A stretch of DNA of 60,706 nucleotides, counting the filler. It is 5 parts of 5 records of this genome, joined end to end, with 100 filler letters (N's around TTAATTAATTAA, not from the genome) between each part and the next. Parts side by side here need not be neighbours in the genome. Positions count along the whole stretch, not along the records: positions 55,273 to 60,706 come from SRR31156797_2367; 4 more parts are not named here. The stretch is one strand, 5' to 3'. Positions 58,632 to 60,706 of the stretch are shown here, piece by piece. Numbering within the stretch: the first letter of the stretch is position 1; every line of letters begins with the position of its first letter. The notes below the pieces were generated by a model. It made no database searches. It was not told where the DNA came from and saw only the letters and a program-made list of their open reading frames with translations. Made by a program: the position numbers and the translations under genes.

Positions 58632-59997
58632 ATTATCAGAAAAAATAATAAAAGCCTGTGACATCAGGGGCATCGTCGGCAAGGATCTTGACGAACGGGA
58701 CGCCTATTTCATCGGCCGCTCTTTCGGGAGCTATCTGCTTGAGAACGATCAGGACGCCTGTTCGGTCGGCCGGGACGGCAGGATCAGTTCATCCGAATAT
58801 TCACGGCAGCTCATCAAAGGGCTGAACGAATCGGGCGTCCATGTCATAGACATAGGGCTTGTTCCCGTCGGCGCCGTCTATTTCTCATTGGGCTATCTGA
58901 AGCTCTCCGCCTCGGTCATGGTCACCGCCAGTCATAATCCCTCAGATTACAACGGTTTCAAGTTCATCAGCGGCAACAGATCCTTTCACGGAGAACAGCT
59001 GCAGCGTCTGGAAGAGATCTGCAGGTCGGGGGAGTTCTCGACCGGGCAGGGGCGAAGTGCCTGTCAGGACATTCGCGAAGAGTACCTGGCTTATCTCCAC
59101 ACCTTTCTTGATACTGTCAGCCCTGGCGCTCCCACTGTCGTCTGGGATCCGGGCAACGGGGCGGTGGCTTCCGTACTGTCGGGGTTTACGGAGAAGCTCC
59201 CCGGAAAGCATGTCCTTCTTTGCGATGAAGTGGACGGCCTATTCCCTTTTCACCACCCCGACCCCAGTGTGGAAAAAAACGTGGAGATGCTGAAAGACCG
59301 CGTTCTGGAGGAAGGCGCCGATCTGGGAATCGCCTTTGACGGCGACGGCGACCGCATGGCCGTCGTTGACGGGGAGGGCTGTCTGTTCTACGGAGACCAG
59401 CTGCTGACCCTCCTGGCCCGGAGTGTTCTGGAGCGGCATCCTTCGTCCGTGATAATGAGCGAGGTAAAGGCCAGCCGTTTCTTCAGCGACGAGATCCGGA
59501 GGCTGGGCGGACGGCCCCTTCTGTGGAAGGTGGGGCATACCAATCAAAAGGACAAGATGATAGAACAGGGCATCCCCCTGGCGGGAGAAACCAGCGGTCA
59601 TTTCTACTTCAGGGAGAACGGAAACTTCGACGACGCTCTTTTCACCGCCGTAAAGCTCTTGCAGCAGCTCGGCGCTCATCCCGACGCCCTTGTGGACCTG
59701 AAGAGTCGGTTCCCCCTCTATCATGACAGCGGTGAGATTCGCATAGATCTGAAAGACAGGACGCCCGAAGCGGTTCTGGAGGACATCCAATCCTCACTAA
59801 AGGACATGGGAGCCGACTATTCCGATATTGACGGAATCAGAAGGGAGACGGAAAGCGGATTCTGGATTATCCGGAAATCCAATACCGAACCCCATCTGAC
59901 ATTCCGTTGCGAGGACAGCAGCCCGGAGAGCTATCAGCGCTCTCTCGGGTGGATACAGACTCAGCTGGAGCAATCGGGCCTATCCCTTCCCCAGTGA
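58612..59997 (+). CDS. Phosphomannomutase/phosphoglucomutase
   Basis: DIRG, TASHNP phosphoserine loop, FDGDGDR metal loop, GETSGH, RKSNTEP. Confidence 0.93.
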   Translation: MNMIGHRLSEKIIKACDIRGIVGKDLDERDAYFIGRSFGSYLLENDQDACSVGRDGRISSSEYSRQLIKGLNESGVHVIDIGLVPVGAVYFSLGYLKLSASVMVTASHNPSDYNGFKFISGNRSFHGEQLQRLEEICRSGEFSTGQGRSACQDIREEYLAYLHTFLDTVSPGAPTVVWDPGNGAVASVLSGFTEKLPGKHVLLCDEVDGLFPFHHPDPSVEKNVEMLKDRVLEEGADLGIAFDGDGDRMAVVDGEGCLFYGDQLLTLLARSVLERHPSSVIMSEVKASRFFSDEIRRLGGRPLLWKVGHTNQKDKMIEQGIPLAGETSGHFYFRENGNFDDALFTAVKLLQQLGAHPDALVDLKSRFPLYHDSGEIRIDLKDRTPEAVLEDIQSSLKDMGADYSDIDGIRRETESGFWIIRKSNTEPHLTFRCEDSSPESYQRSLGWIQTQLEQSGLSLPQ

Positions 59998-60036
59998 TAC
60001 GGAGGGACGGGAGACTTTCAGAACCCTCTTCAGCAT

Positions 60037-60690
60037 TCAGTCCAGGTCGCTGGCTTCTATGGATACGTACTGCTGCTCCAGCTCTGGATCCAGGCTCAGA
60101 GAGAAGGAGTAGCTGTTATCATCCTCATCCAGCCCCATGACGTCGTACTCGATTTCCACATCCCCTCTGAAGAGGAAAACGTTCAATGAGTCCCCGTCAG
60201 CCAGGGTGGTATAGCTGTCCATAAAGTCTATGCCGTACATCTCGGAATCCGAAGGGGAGATGAAGAGGAAGGTCAGCTCCACCCCTGTTTCATTCAGTAT
60301 CTCCAGACCGATCAGCTCTTCTTCCAGACCGTCCAGGTCCACCGTATCGGTCCTGGACTTCTTGTTGATGACGATCTGAGCCTCTTCGCCGTCGGTAATG
60401 GCTTCTTCGTAGATCTCGTACACATTGCCCTTCTCATCGATAGCCATAAAATCGAAGGAGTCTGTCTCGTTGGGATAGGATATAAAGAACTCCAGCTCAT
60501 CCCCGGAATCCAGGGTGCCCGAGCCCCCCAGGACATCGGGGCCCCAGTACTCGCTGTCGGCGGGGGAGAAGAAAAGGTACCAGATCTCAGCGTTTGTGTT
60601 GTTCCTGAAGCTGACGGTATTGAAAAACTCGGACTGGGCCCAGAGGGAAGACGAAATAAAAATAAAGAGAAGAAGTAGGTTTTTTTTCAT
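60037..60690 (-). CDS. Secreted acidic hypothetical protein with an internal tandem domain duplication
   Basis: Signal peptide; N.T...(I/L).(Y/F)LF.SP.DSE.(W/Y)G.D.....TL..GD.L occurs twice; RBS AAGGAG. Confidence 0.75.
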   Translation of the reverse strand: MKKNLLLLFIFISSSLWAQSEFFNTVSFRNNTNAEIWYLFFSPADSEYWGPDVLGGSGTLDSGDELEFFISYPNETDSFDFMAIDEKGNVYEIYEEAITDGEEAQIVINKKSRTDTVDLDGLEEELIGLEILNETGVELTFLFISPSDSEMYGIDFMDSYTTLADGDSLNVFLFRGDVEIEYDVMGLDEDDNSYSFSLSLDPELEQQYVSIEASDLD

Positions 60691-60706
60691 GGTTTGCTCC
60701 TTATGA

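Noticed and set aside
49615-59790. Antisense and alternate-frame ORFs in the spirochaete-like pieces (e.g. 50760-51632 -, 53679-54635 -, 53942-55000 +)
   Set aside because: Codon-bias shadows of well-supported genes

Overview
This window is not one genomic locus. It consists of five contig pieces joined by 100-nt artificial spacers (N44-TTAATTAATTAA-N44 at 21800-21899, 34864-34963, 48598-48697 and 55173-55272), from at least three different organisms. (1) 1-21799 is an AT-rich Bacteroidota region (Marinifilaceae-like, by inference). It carries a partial FMN riboswitch, era, der, a TPR protein, a hemerythrin-domain/LuxR pair, an MBL hydrolase, a large sensor kinase, rlmH, DUF4783, glutamine synthetase, a sigma54-driven His-rich protein, NDH-2, a bidirectional 21-bp-periodic repeat array, a GH20 hexosaminidase, RidA, a REP-like palindrome and valS. 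(2) 21900-34863 is a GC-rich, alphaproteobacterial-like glycan-modification island: DegT aminotransferase, two radical SAM/SPASM enzymes, a WbuC cupin, an SDR lacking the catalytic Tyr, a class III aminotransferase, a methyltransferase, and three TPR-TIGR04372 glycosyltransferase paralogs plus a remnant of a fourth. (3) 34964-48597 is a Bacteroidota glycan-degradation region: GH105, GH43_24, a hybrid two-component system, a T9SS LamG/TSP3/BNR_4 (PL42-like) protein, a TPR protein and a T9SS GH128-like protein. (4) 48698-55172 and (5) 55273-60706 are spirochaete-like. Piece 4 has a DeoR regulator divergent from a DHH phosphoesterase, a mevalonate-kinase-like GHMP kinase with an altered GEH motif, and a Ugp-like ABC importer. 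Piece 5 has an ABC ATPase, a PhoB/PhoR-like pair, a phosphomannomutase and an acidic secreted protein. The best candidates for undescribed biology are the DHH/MVK-like/Ugp catabolic module, the head-to-head 21-bp array at about 15720-16117, and the radical SAM/TIGR04372 glycosylation island. Family assignments come from motif recognition by eye; no database search was run.
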